Assembly (NCBI GenBank): GCA_963778655.1
Contig: CAVZVA010000002.1
Span: 160,001 to 224,000, forward strand
Direction: 5' to 3'
DNA from: an uncultured delta proteobacterium
GTDB lineage: Bacteria; Myxococcota_A; Polyangia; Polyangiales; JAFGIB01
Length of the DNA stretch: 64,000 nt
Made by a program: the position numbers and the translations under genes. Every line of letters starts with the position of its first letter. Positions within the stretch are counted from its first letter, which is position 1. Under the pieces are notes generated by a model. It was not told the origin of the DNA and ran no database searches. It saw only the letters and a list, made by a program, of their open reading frames with translations. Shown here piece by piece: positions 49,864 through 59,428 of this stretch.

Positions 49864-51876
49864 TCAGCGCAGCACCTGCAGCAGGTTGCTGAAGTGGTCG
49901 GTCCACACCACCGGGTTGCCGCGCAGCGGCGAAGGCGTGGCGCCGGCCAGCAGCGGGCGCAGAACCGCCGGGTTGCGGCTGAGCAGAGCCCAGCGTACGC
50001 GGGCGTAGCCGTGCTCGACGTCGCTGGGCGTCTCGAGCAGGCGCAGCGTCAGGCCATGGCGCGCGGCGGCGCCGGCGACCACGCGCTCCACGCTCAGATG
50101 GCGGTTTGAGACGTTGGCGAGCAGCACGCCGTCAGAGCGCAGGTGCCGCAAATAGGTGGCGAACGCCTCGACCGTCAGCAAATGGGTCGGCACGGCGTCG
50201 CTGGCAAAGGCGTCGAGCACCAGCAGGTCGAAGCGCTGCGGCGGCTCGCGCTCGAGCGAGATGCGGCCGTCGCCGATCACCAGCTCGATCGACGCCAGCG
50301 AGCGGGAGAGAAAGCTGAAGCGCGTGCGAGCCACCTCGGCCACGTCCGGGCTCAGCTCGTAGAAGCGCATACGGTCCCCTGCGCGCCCGTAGCAGGCGAG
50401 CGTGCCCACCCCGAGCCCGACCACGCCGATGCGGCGCGCGTGATCGATCCCGTGCAGGCGCAGCGCGCGGCCCGCCCCGGAGTCGGGGCCGAAGTAGAGC
50501 GTCGGCAGCCCCGCGCGGCGCGGGTCGCGAAACTGCATGCCGTGGCGGATGCGCCCGTGCGAGAGCAAGGTCACGTCGCCGAGCTGGGTCACCCGCAGCA
50601 CTCCGTAGAAGCTGCGCCGCTGCTCGATCACGCTGCCGCCGCGCGTGCGGTCCTGTCCCTGCACCCAGATCGTGGCGGCGATCAGTGGCATGCCCAGCCC
50701 AAGCCCCAGCCACGAAAGCCGCAGCTCGCCGCGCTTGCGCGCGGCCTCAGGCTCGCCGAACAGCACCGACAGCAGCAGCACGTAGGTGGCGATCGTGGCC
50801 AGCTGCAGCTCGAAGAAACCGCTGAACAGGCGCGGCGCGAGCACCCCCACGAATATCCCGCCGGCCGCGCCGCCAGCCGCCACCCACAGGTAGAAGCGCG
50901 AGAGCTGCGCGGGCTCGGGCCGCAGCGCGGAGAGCTCGCCGTGACACAGCATGCAGCACGCAAACAAGCTCAGCAGCGGGACTCCGAGCTGCTGCCAGAG
51001 CGGCGCGCTGCCCTGCTCGAACAAGCTCACCCCGAGCGCCGCGGTGCACCCCACCCACAGCGGCAGCACCAGCGCGCGCCGGTAGAGGCGGCGCTCCGCG
51101 AAGACGAGAATGAAGGATCCGAGGTACAGCGCGAGCGGCGCGATCCACAGAAAGGGCACCGCAGCCACGTCCACGGTGATGTAGTTGGTGACAGCCAACA
51201 GCATCACGCACGGCACGCTCGAGAGCCCGAGCCAGCGCGCGCGCTGGCCGGCGACGCGCTCCTGCTCAACCGCGGGCGGCGCGTCGACCGGCGCCGCACG
51301 CAAGGCGTTCACGCCCAGAACGGCCATCGACAGCGCAAAGCCGGCGAACAGCCACGACCACAGCCGCGCCTGACCGGCGAGCGTCAGGCTGGGCTCGACA
51401 AGCAGCGGGTAGCTGAGCAGGCCGAGCAGCGAGCCGGCGTTGGAAAACGCGTACAGCGCGTACGGCGAGCGCCGCGTCGAGCGCTCGTACCAGTGCTGGA
51501 GCAGCGGAGCGGTCACCGCCAGCACGAGGTACGGTAGCGCTGCGCGCCGTAGCAGCAATCCCAGCACCTGCGCCGCCGGGTGCGGCAGGCTCGGCGGCCG
51601 GTCCGCGGGCTGGGGCCCGATCGGCAGCGCAAGCAGCCCCGCGCCCAGCAGCGCGAGCTCGCAACCGAGCTGCAAGCGGGGCGGACAGCGCCGAATCAGC
51701 GCGTCGGCCAGCGCGTAGCCGCCAAACAGCAGCAGCTCGAAGAACAGCATGCAGATGGTCCAGGTGGCCGGGCTGCCGCCAAACCACGGCAGCAGGCGCT
51801 TGCCCAACAACGGCTGCACCTGGAACAGCAGCAGCGCGCCCAGAAACACGGTCCACGCGTAAAGCGGTCTGCGCAC
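49864..51876 (-). CDS. Fused MFS-like membrane domain/spermidine synthase-like methyltransferase
   Basis: LLFQVQP..LPWFGG, PYALYAFSNAGS, CHGEL, RSFYG, VGLGVGTL, GDGR, LDAFASD, WTDHFSNL; start approximate. Confidence 0.88.
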   Translation of the reverse strand: MRRPLYAWTVFLGALLLFQVQPLLGKRLLPWFGGSPATWTICMLFFELLLFGGYALADALIRRCPPRLQLGCELALLGAGLLALPIGPQPADRPPSLPHPAAQVLGLLLRRAALPYLVLAVTAPLLQHWYERSTRRSPYALYAFSNAGSLLGLLSYPLLVEPSLTLAGQARLWSWLFAGFALSMAVLGVNALRAAPVDAPPAVEQERVAGQRARWLGLSSVPCVMLLAVTNYITVDVAAVPFLWIAPLALYLGSFILVFAERRLYRRALVLPLWVGCTAALGVSLFEQGSAPLWQQLGVPLLSLFACCMLCHGELSALRPEPAQLSRFYLWVAAGGAAGGIFVGVLAPRLFSGFFELQLATIATYVLLLSVLFGEPEAARKRGELRLSWLGLGLGMPLIAATIWVQGQDRTRGGSVIEQRRSFYGVLRVTQLGDVTLLSHGRIRHGMQFRDPRRAGLPTLYFGPDSGAGRALRLHGIDHARRIGVVGLGVGTLACYGRAGDRMRFYELSPDVAEVARTRFSFLSRSLASIELVIGDGRISLEREPPQRFDLLVLDAFASDAVPTHLLTVEAFATYLRHLRSDGVLLANVSNRHLSVERVVAGAAARHGLTLRLLETPSDVEHGYARVRWALLSRNPAVLRPLLAGATPSPLRGNPVVWTDHFSNLLQVLR

Positions 51877-51923
51877 GACTGCGGGCAGCTTGCCATCGAG
51901 CTGCAGCCGCAGACCAGCCCGCG

Positions 51924-52421
51924 TCAGTTGTCTTTGGCGCCGTTCTGGATCCAGGTACGAATCAGCTGAATCTGGGCATCCGCCAGCTTGACGCCGGTCG
52001 GGGGCATGGGGTCGCCGCAAGGCGGCGTCTGCTCGATCTTCTTGACCAGCAGGCTGTTGTCGGGATCGCCCGGCACCACGCGCTCGAGCCCGCTGTCCTT
52101 GCAGTCTGGGGTCTTGCCCGGGATCAGATTGGTGCCCATGGCCGCGACGCCCACCAGCGCCGCGTAGGTGGCGGCCTTGCCGTTCATGATCAGGTTGCCG
52201 CCGGTCGCGCCGCCGTGGCACAGCGGGGACCCGTTGCACCCGGTGGCGACGATGATGTCGGTGTAGATTGCGCTGAAGGTCGCCTGGTCGGCCGCGCCGC
52301 CGCCGGCACCCCCCCCACCGCCCTGGCCTGCGCCGCCCCCGCCCGAGCTTCCCCCGCCGCAGCCGAGCGCGAGCAGCAGCAACCCTCCTGCTGCCCGGAT
52401 CATGACTCGCTTCGCAGGCAT
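51924..52421 (-). CDS. Lipoprotein with cytochrome c-like domain (CX5CH)
   Basis: ALGC lipobox, Gly linker, TFSAIY..CNGSPLCH, RVVPGDPDNSLL..K, GDPMPP, IRTWIQNGA. Confidence 0.72.
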   Translation of the reverse strand: MPAKRVMIRAAGGLLLLALGCGGGSSGGGGAGQGGGGGAGGGAADQATFSAIYTDIIVATGCNGSPLCHGGATGGNLIMNGKAATYAALVGVAAMGTNLIPGKTPDCKDSGLERVVPGDPDNSLLVKKIEQTPPCGDPMPPTGVKLADAQIQLIRTWIQNGAKDN

Positions 52422-52423
52422 GC

Positions 52424-54112
52424 TCACAGCCCGTAGCAGATGACGAGGTTGTTGTTTTGGGCGGTGGCGTCGAGCGGATACTGCAGGCCGCTCTGCACGA
52501 TCACGCGCCCGTCCACGATCGCGGCCGCACCCGCCGCGATCGTGCCTCCGGTCTCGAAGCTGTTGAGCATCTCGCCGGTCTTGGCGTTGTAGAAGTTGAG
52601 CGCGGTCCCCGCCGGCACCACCAGCACGCCGTTGGCGACCGAAGGCGCACCCCATACGGTCGAGGGGATCGTCACCGCGGGCCACGCGTCGGCACCCTGC
52701 TGGGCCGGATCGAGCGCGTGCAGGATCGCGGTATTGGGCGGCTGGTTCGCCACCACGTAGAAGTAGGTCCCGTCGAAGGCCCCGTTCATCAGCACGCCGC
52801 CGTTCTGCGGGTTATGGCTGCTGCTGAGGCCGTCGCGGCTCCACAGGATGTCGCCGGTCTCACGATCGAGCACCCAGAATGCCGAGCCCTTGTCGCCGTC
52901 CGCCACCACCTGCTTGCCGTCGATCGTGGCGAGGATCGGGTTGGCGCCGAAGTCGGTGTCGTCGCTGGCCATGCCGGAGAAGGCGGACTGCAGCGTCCAC
53001 ACGTCGCCCTGGCGCACCTGCGTGTGCCACTTGCGCATGCCCTGGCCGAGGTCGACGGCGTGAATCGAATCGGAGTCTTCCCCCATCATCGTGTAGTTGT
53101 TGCCCGTACCGGCGAAGACCACGCCCGCTTCCTCGTCGACCGATACGGTCGACCACACCATGGCGCCGTTCTCGCCCTGCTCCGGCACCGTGTAGTACGT
53201 CCAGGCGCGCGTGCCGTCGTCGATGTTGAAGGCCTCGACCCCGCCGCGGGCCGTGGCCTGATCGGCGCCGCCCGAGACCTCCGCCACGCCGCAGCTGTGT
53301 CCGACCAGCACCTTGCCGCCGGCGATGATCGGCGAGGACGTGCCGTCGCACGAGCTCAGGTCGTAGCTGCGCACCGGACCCCAGACGACGTTGCCGGTGG
53401 ACGCCTCGATCTTGTAGAGGCCCGCGCCGCTCGAGGCGTGCGCGTAGACGAAGCCGTCGGAATAGGCGAGCGACGCGGTGCCGGCGATGTCGGCGTTGGC
53501 CCATGCCTGGGTGCCGTCATCGAGATTGATCGCGTAGGTGCCGCCGGTGGCCATCACGAAGACCTTGCCTTCGGCCACGACCGGCGTCCCGGGCGGGTAG
53601 CCCGCCACCGTGAAGCGCCACTTCTCCTTGAGCATGGGCGCGTTGTCGACGCTGAGCGTGGTCTCGTCCGGGTTGTAGTAGTTGTTGCGCGTGTCGTAGC
53701 CCATCATCGGCCAGCTGCCGGAGGTCGCGGCCGGACTGCCGCCGCCCGCTTCGCCGCCCGCTTCGCCGCCCGCTTCGCCACCCGTGCCGCTGCCCGCTCC
53801 GGCACTGCCGCCCGACCCGCCCGAGGATGTCTGCTGGCACATGCATTCACCGTAGGTGCCCGAGCTCGAGCAGGTCGCTTTGGATTCGGTTCCATCGGCG
53901 CACTTGGTGCCCGTGCACTGCGCGATGTCGCCTGCCTTGCAACCGCCGGTAGGCGCTTCCGCACCTGACGGCGCAGGGGTCTGCACGACCGTGCCGCCCG
54001 CACCGGCGCCACCGCCATCATGACTGCCGCCCCCGCATGCACCCAAGCAAATGACTGAAATCGAAACCCACGCACACCAGCCCCGTGCGCTCATGCGCCG
54101 ATTCTGCTTCAT
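52424..54112 (-). CDS. PQQ-binding-like beta-propeller lipoprotein (polyvinyl-alcohol dehydrogenase-like)
   Basis: LGAC lipobox, WPMMGYD..N, SSPII, GAMVWST, FAGTGNNY, DTDFGANP, repeated G..xW propeller motifs. Confidence 0.85.
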   Translation of the reverse strand: MKQNRRMSARGWCAWVSISVICLGACGGGSHDGGGAGAGGTVVQTPAPSGAEAPTGGCKAGDIAQCTGTKCADGTESKATCSSSGTYGECMCQQTSSGGSGGSAGAGSGTGGEAGGEAGGEAGGGSPAATSGSWPMMGYDTRNNYYNPDETTLSVDNAPMLKEKWRFTVAGYPPGTPVVAEGKVFVMATGGTYAINLDDGTQAWANADIAGTASLAYSDGFVYAHASSGAGLYKIEASTGNVVWGPVRSYDLSSCDGTSSPIIAGGKVLVGHSCGVAEVSGGADQATARGGVEAFNIDDGTRAWTYYTVPEQGENGAMVWSTVSVDEEAGVVFAGTGNNYTMMGEDSDSIHAVDLGQGMRKWHTQVRQGDVWTLQSAFSGMASDDTDFGANPILATIDGKQVVADGDKGSAFWVLDRETGDILWSRDGLSSSHNPQNGGVLMNGAFDGTYFYVVANQPPNTAILHALDPAQQGADAWPAVTIPSTVWGAPSVANGVLVVPAGTALNFYNAKTGEMLNSFETGGTIAAGAAAIVDGRVIVQSGLQYPLDATAQNNNLVICYGL

Positions 54113-54343
54113 CGCACCTACCTCGAAGACCCGCAGCCCAAACCGCCTCCTTTCGATACACGGTTCACGCCTCGCTGCCAACACGAAAACGCGGTACAAA
54201 TCAGGGCTGGCCGAGGGCAGGATCGAAACCGCCAACTCGGCGCTCAAGATGGCAGCTCTGGATCATCGAGGCGGCGCCGGGTAGCGTCCGACGCGGTATT
54301 GTCCAGCGCTTCCCGTCGCCACCTCACGACCATCACGACCATC

Positions 54344-55369
54344 ATGGACTCCCGCCGCATGTGCTTGCTGGTCGGTCCCGCGCTTGGGATCGCGTCGTGG
54401 CTGGGCAGCGCGCACAGCGCGCCGCCCGACACCGCCGCCGCCGCACCCGCGCAGGCCCCGGCGGCACGAAACGAGCCCGCGCTCGCAACCTTCGCAGGGG
54501 GCCGCATCACGCTCGCCCAGATGCAGCAGGTGGTCGACGCCAGGCCACCCTCGATGCGCCGGGAGCTCGTACCCGAGCAGGGCCGCCGGGGCCTACTCGA
54601 GGACATGGTGCGCTACGAGCTGCTGGTGCTCGAGGCCACCCGTCGCGGCTACGAGCGCAACCCGCGCGTGGAGGAAGCGGTGGCACGCGCGGCGATCGCC
54701 CAGATGCTGCAGCACGACCTGGCCGTGCCGCCGGCATCGATTCCGCAACCGCAGGTGGCGGACTACTACCGAGCGCACGCGAACGAGCTGTCGCGGCCGC
54801 CGCTGCGGCGCGCCAGCCACATCCAGCTGAAGAGCGCGGCGCAGGCACGCGAGCTGATCGCGCAGCTACAAGGCGCCGACCGCCGGCGCTTTGCTGCGCT
54901 CGCGGTCGAGCGCAGCACCGACGCACGCACCCGCCGCCAGGGCGGCGAGCTCGGCTACTTCGAACGCGACGGCACCCGAGACGCGGGCGGGCGCGAGCCG
55001 GCCGTGCCGCGCGCGCTGGTCGATGCAGCCTTCGCGCTCGATCGCGTCGGCGCCATCAGCGCGCAACCGGTGGCCCACGACGGCGCCTTCAGCGTGGTCA
55101 TGCTGACCGGCGAGATGCCAGCCATGCAGCGCCCGCTGGCCAAGGTCGAAGGCAAGATTCGCAAGCGGCTGGCAGCGCAGCAGCAGTCGCACGCGCTTGA
55201 CGCGCTGCTTGCGCAGCTGCGCGCGCAGGCCAAGCCCGAGATCCATCCCGAGCTGCTCGGCGCGATCGCGCTCGACCCTCTGCCCCCGCACGACATTCCG
55301 GAGGGCTTCGCAGCGGCGCCGCCCGATCCGACCGCGCCGCCGCGACTGGTGAAACCGGACGGCTACTAG
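54344..55369 (+). CDS. PpiC/parvulin-type peptidyl-prolyl isomerase (PrsA/SurA-like)
   Basis: RASHIQL, FAALAVERSTD..QGGELGYF, AAFAL. Confidence 0.85.
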   Translation: MDSRRMCLLVGPALGIASWLGSAHSAPPDTAAAAPAQAPAARNEPALATFAGGRITLAQMQQVVDARPPSMRRELVPEQGRRGLLEDMVRYELLVLEATRRGYERNPRVEEAVARAAIAQMLQHDLAVPPASIPQPQVADYYRAHANELSRPPLRRASHIQLKSAAQARELIAQLQGADRRRFAALAVERSTDARTRRQGGELGYFERDGTRDAGGREPAVPRALVDAAFALDRVGAISAQPVAHDGAFSVVMLTGEMPAMQRPLAKVEGKIRKRLAAQQQSHALDALLAQLRAQAKPEIHPELLGAIALDPLPPHDIPEGFAAAPPDPTAPPRLVKPDGY

Positions 55370-55372
55370 CTC

Positions 55373-55843
55373 TTGCAAGACACCCGGCCCGAGCTCGATC
55401 CGCTGCTGCCGCCTGTCTCGGCGGCGATCCGCATGCACCTGCGGACCGGGTGGATCGCGCTGCTTCTGTTCGTCTCGCTGGGCGCCGCGCTCGAGGCGTT
55501 GCACGCATGGAAGAGCGAGGCCTATCTGGGTGCGGCGAACGAGCCGCGCAGGTTGATGTGGACGCTGGCGCATGCCCACGGCGTGGGGCTGGCGCTGCTG
55601 CAGATCGGTTTTGCCGCCACGCTCAAGCTCGCCGATCGCGCGCTGACGCCGCGGCTGCAGCTGGCATCACGGCTGCTGAACGCGGCCACGCTGCTGCTGC
55701 CAGGCGGCTTCTTCTTGGGCGGCTTGGTGATCTACGACGGAGATCCGGGGCCCGCGGTGTGGCTGGTGCCGCTCGGTGCGCTGCTGCTGTGGACCGCGAT
55801 CGCGCTGGTCGTGGTCGAGCTGCGCGGGCCGCCCCGGCCGTGA
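55373..55843 (+). CDS. Hypothetical 4-TM membrane protein
   Basis: Four hydrophobic segments, LEALH, RRLMWTLAHAHG, LPGGFFLGG. Confidence 0.7.
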   Translation: MQDTRPELDPLLPPVSAAIRMHLRTGWIALLLFVSLGAALEALHAWKSEAYLGAANEPRRLMWTLAHAHGVGLALLQIGFAATLKLADRALTPRLQLASRLLNAATLLLPGGFFLGGLVIYDGDPGPAVWLVPLGALLLWTAIALVVVELRGPPRP

Positions 55844-56153
55844 GCCGTGCTTGCACGGCGCGCGCAGCGCAGCGCACCGATCGCGCGTGTCGAACGTGGT
55901 CGTGTGTGCACTGTGCGGTTACATAGCCGCAGGCTTTTGCCGCGGCACGCGCCCGGCATGCCGCGAAGCCTATTGCGCACCGCGCCGGCTTGTTATGATT
56001 TGGAAATGATCACGCGGGGAGCTGCTTGATCTGAGTTCAGCAACGCCACCGGGACAGAAGAGCCCGTTGAGGTGAGACGCGGAAGTATGCGGCCAAAGCC
56101 GGAGCGCCGCGAAGCGACAGAAAGATACAGTGAAAACAGAGGAATCCAACAAT

Positions 56154-57230
56154 ATGAAACTAAAACGGATCGCTGCCACGCTGCTGGTCTCCACCTGGAT
56201 CGCGCTGCCGGCAGGGGCGCAACAGACCACGCCACCGGCGCAAGCGCCGCAAGCCGCGCCACCGGTGCAAGCGCCGCAAGCCGCGCCGCCGGCGCAAGCG
56301 CCGCAAGCCGCGCCGCCAGCGCAAGCGCCGCAAGCCGCGCCGCCGGCGCAAGCGCCGCAAGCCGCGCCGCCGGTAGCCCAGGCTCCGACCGATGTTACGG
56401 CGATGCCCTCGACCTCAGCGGCGCCAGCGCAGCCCGCGCCCGTCGGTTCCGAGCCGGTGCCCGCCGAGGCCGCACCGCTGCAACCCGCAGCCACTTCGCC
56501 GGGCGCAACGCCCGAAGCCGGCGCCGCCGTCCCGCCCGTGACCGAGCCGGCACCCGCGCCCGCACCCGCTCTGTCCGCGCAACCCGCGCCGCCGCCGGCG
56601 CAGGTGACGCCCGCGCTGCCCCCCACGCCGCCTCCGGGCGAAGAGGAGGAAGAAGGCCCACCCAAGCCCAAGTGCGTGCTGCAGGACCTGTGCTTGGGCC
56701 CGGTGCTGACGCTGGGTGTGATCAACGTCATCGGCATCGGCGCTCACGCGCGCTACGGCCAGTTCGTGGGCTTCGGCCTCGACTACCAGTTCCTTCCCAC
56801 CATCACCGTCGGCGACGCCTCGGCCGGCTGGGGGCTGTTCACCGTCGAGGGCCGCTGGTACCCGTTCGGGGGCGCGTTCTGGCTGGGCGGCGGCTTCGCC
56901 TATCAACACTTCAGCGCCTCGGCGACCGGCAGCACACCGGTCGGCAGCGTCAAGGTCAAGGGCACGCTGAGCATGCCTGCGATCAAGCTCGGCCTCGGGT
57001 TCATGGGCCATGATGGCTTCGTGGCCGGCATCGACCTCAACCTGAACTTCCCGCTCGGCGGCACCAAGGTCGGCTTCGACCCGCTGAGCGGCTCGGCCGC
57101 GGACACGCCCGAGGGCATGATGATGAGCGCGGACCTGCAGGACAAGATCAACAAGGCGGCGAACAAAGGCGTCAAGCTGATCCCGTTCGTCCCGCAGCTC
57201 AACCTGCTACGCATCGGCTACCTGTTCTGA
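56154..57230 (+). CDS. Exported protein with Pro/Ala/Gln-rich N-terminus and C-terminal outer-membrane beta-barrel-like domain
   Basis: GAGG RBS, signal peptide, EGRWYPFGGAFWLG and terminal LRIGYLF. Confidence 0.78.
   Translation: MKLKRIAATLLVSTWIALPAGAQQTTPPAQAPQAAPPVQAPQAAPPAQAPQAAPPAQAPQAAPPAQAPQAAPPVAQAPTDVTAMPSTSAAPAQPAPVGSEPVPAEAAPLQPAATSPGATPEAGAAVPPVTEPAPAPAPALSAQPAPPPAQVTPALPPTPPPGEEEEEGPPKPKCVLQDLCLGPVLTLGVINVIGIGAHARYGQFVGFGLDYQFLPTITVGDASAGWGLFTVEGRWYPFGGAFWLGGGFAYQHFSASATGSTPVGSVKVKGTLSMPAIKLGLGFMGHDGFVAGIDLNLNFPLGGTKVGFDPLSGSAADTPEGMMMSADLQDKINKAANKGVKLIPFVPQLNLLRIGYLF
56230..56373 (+). repeat. 27-bp tandem repeat x5 encoding PPAQAPQAA
   Basis: CGCC(A/G)CCGGCGCAAGCGCCGCAAGCCG units with few substitutions. 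Confidence 0.9.
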
Positions 57231-57375
57231 GCTGGCTCTCGTGAGCGCGACGCGCGGCGAGGCGCGAAGCAGCATCTCGCCGCCGCGCCGGCGTCTCGTG
57301 GTCGGAGCGGCGGGCCCGATCCCCGGCGCCTGCTGGTAGCAGCGACCCTTGACCGCGGTGCGCTCCCCGACAACC

Positions 57376-59319
57376 ATGGCCCTGGCCATGCGATGGGAGC
57401 GCTCGCGCTGGGCCTACGCCGCCGCCATCGCGGCGGTGCTCGCGCTGGGCTTGTGGTTGTTCTGGCCGACGCTGCGGCTCGGGCTGTTCGCCGACGACTA
57501 CGTCGCGCAGGCCATGCTCGACGGGCGCTTTGCGGCGCACCGCGGCGCGTTCGACCTGTTCAATTTCGCCGACGGCACGTCGGGCGACATACGCGCGCTG
57601 CAGCGCCTTGGCTCGATTCCGTGGTGGGCCCCGGGCGACTTCCGCGTGTCCTTCCTACGTCCGCTCTCGAGCGCGCTCTGGCATCTGGACCGCGCGTTGT
57701 TCGGCCGCGCCCTGTGGGCCTACCACGCGCACTCGCTCTTCGCCTGGGCGCTGCTCGCGATCACCGCAAGCGCGGTCTACCGCCGGCTGTTCCCACTGGG
57801 GATCGCGGCGCTCAGCACCCTCGTGTTCGCCCTCGACGACAGCCTGCACTTCCCGGTGTTGTGGCTGTCGAATCGCGGCGGCATCTACGCGGTAATGTTC
57901 GGCGCGCTCGGCTTGCTCGCGCACCTGCGCTGGCGTGAGCGCGGACGGCTCGGCTACGCGTTCGCGAGCGCCGGGCTATTGTGCATCGGGCTGCTGCTCG
58001 GCGAATGGGTGCTTCCGATGTTCGCCTATCTGCTGGCCTTCGAGCTACTGGGCGAGCGCGGCCCCTGGCGCGGCCGGGCGCTGGCCTTGCTGCCGTCCGC
58101 GATTCCGGGTCTGGCGTTCCTGATCGGCCGCGCGGTGCTCGGCTACGGCGCCCGCGGCTCGGGCGAATACGTCGACCCGGGCGCCGAGCCGGCCCGCTTC
58201 GCGCTCGCACTGCTGCAACGCGTGCCGGTGTTCTTCGCCGACATGGTCTGGAACGTGCCGTCGGGCTGGTGGGACAACGGCACGCCGTGGCGCGACAGCA
58301 TTCTCGGCTGGGCGCTGATCCCGCCCTGGATCTGGGTACGCCTGCCGGGCTGGCGCGCGTTCCACTATGCGCTCGGCCTGCTCGCGCTCGGCGCCCTCGC
58401 GCTTGCGCTGCGCTTCTGCTGGCGCGGCCTGTCGCCGCAAGAGCGCACCAGCCTACGCTGGCTGCTGCTCGGCTCGCTGCTCGCGCTGATCCCGGTGGTC
58501 GGCTCGTTTCCATCCACGCGCCTGACCATGGCCGCCTTTTTCGGGCTCGCGCCGCTCGCGGCCCTGCTGCTGCGCGAGCTGGGACGGCGCCTGCTGGATG
58601 CACCGCGGGTGCCGCTCCCGCGCTGGATGGCGTTGTACGGCCTGGCGGTCCTGGTGGTCCACCTGCAGCTTTGGTCGCCGCTGCGGGACGACATCGGCGC
58701 GCAGGTCGACAGCTTCGCCACCACCACGCGGTGGGTGTTGGGCGCCGAGCTAGACCCCAAGCGCGTGGCCGAGCAGCGCGTGTTCATGCTGTCGTCGGCG
58801 GAGTTCACCACCACCTTCTTCTTTGCCTACATCTGGTCGGCCTACGGCCGCCCGCTGCCGCGCAGCTACTACCCGATCACGACCGCGCCCTTCGCGCTGC
58901 AGCTGGACCGAATCGCCGACAACGCCATGCGCCTGAGCCCGCTCGGCGGCCTGTTCCTGGGCTCGGGCCAGGAAGCGATGTTCCGCGCGGCGGACGCGCG
59001 CATGCAGACCGGCGCCATGGTGCAGCTTCCGGGCATGCGGGTCGAATCCGAGCGCTCGATCGAGGGCGCACCGGCCGCGCTGCGCTTCACCTTCGACCGC
59101 TCGCTCGACGATCCGGACTACGTGTTCCTGATCTCGACCCCGCGCGGAATCGTGCGCCAGCGCATGCCGAAGGTGGGCCAGCGCACCCAGGTGCCGCGCG
59201 CAGCATTTCCGAGCTGGATCGGCCTTTCGCGCGATCGCGAGGAGCGACGGATCGCCCCGATTCCCGAAACGCTCAGCTATTTCTCCCCGCCGGCCTTCGT
59301 CAGCTACCGGCTGCGCTAA
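57376..59319 (+). CDS. Multi-TM membrane protein, putative GT-C glycosyltransferase; paralogue of ORFs at 3-3199
   Basis: GLFADD, FDLF, PWW, FLRPL, HAHS, WLSNR, LGYGARGSGEYVDP, PSTRL. Confidence 0.75.
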   Translation: MALAMRWERSRWAYAAAIAAVLALGLWLFWPTLRLGLFADDYVAQAMLDGRFAAHRGAFDLFNFADGTSGDIRALQRLGSIPWWAPGDFRVSFLRPLSSALWHLDRALFGRALWAYHAHSLFAWALLAITASAVYRRLFPLGIAALSTLVFALDDSLHFPVLWLSNRGGIYAVMFGALGLLAHLRWRERGRLGYAFASAGLLCIGLLLGEWVLPMFAYLLAFELLGERGPWRGRALALLPSAIPGLAFLIGRAVLGYGARGSGEYVDPGAEPARFALALLQRVPVFFADMVWNVPSGWWDNGTPWRDSILGWALIPPWIWVRLPGWRAFHYALGLLALGALALALRFCWRGLSPQERTSLRWLLLGSLLALIPVVGSFPSTRLTMAAFFGLAPLAALLLRELGRRLLDAPRVPLPRWMALYGLAVLVVHLQLWSPLRDDIGAQVDSFATTTRWVLGAELDPKRVAEQRVFMLSSAEFTTTFFFAYIWSAYGRPLPRSYYPITTAPFALQLDRIADNAMRLSPLGGLFLGSGQEAMFRAADARMQTGAMVQLPGMRVESERSIEGAPAALRFTFDRSLDDPDYVFLISTPRGIVRQRMPKVGQRTQVPRAAFPSWIGLSRDREERRIAPIPETLSYFSPPAFVSYRLR

Positions 59320-59324
59320 GTGCC

Positions 59325-59388
59325 ACCGGAAGGCGGGAAGACAGGAGCTCCCGAGTGTTTTGTTCTTCTCGCCTTCCCGTCTTGCTGT
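59325..59388. repeat. Family A octamer palindrome, copy 6
   Basis: ACCGGAAG-GCGGGAAG-ACAGGAG ... CTTCTCGC-CTTCCCGT-CTTGCTGT between convergent genes. Confidence 0.65.
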
Positions 59389-59428
59389 TGCATCTCTCCG
59401 AAGAGCCATTTCCGGGCGGGACCAGCAA

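Noticed and set aside
53741..53779. 12-bp tandem repeat (CCGCCCGCTTCG) x3
   Set aside because: Encodes a GGEA low-complexity linker typical of these lipoproteins; no sign of a separate function
55943..55960. Possible sigma-54 promoters GGCACG-N6-GC here and at 62966-62979
   Set aside because: Spacing fits but the TT before the -12 GC is missing; expected by chance at this GC content
56230..56373. CRISPR-like array
   Set aside because: Head-to-tail coding repeat without spacers; no cas genes in the window
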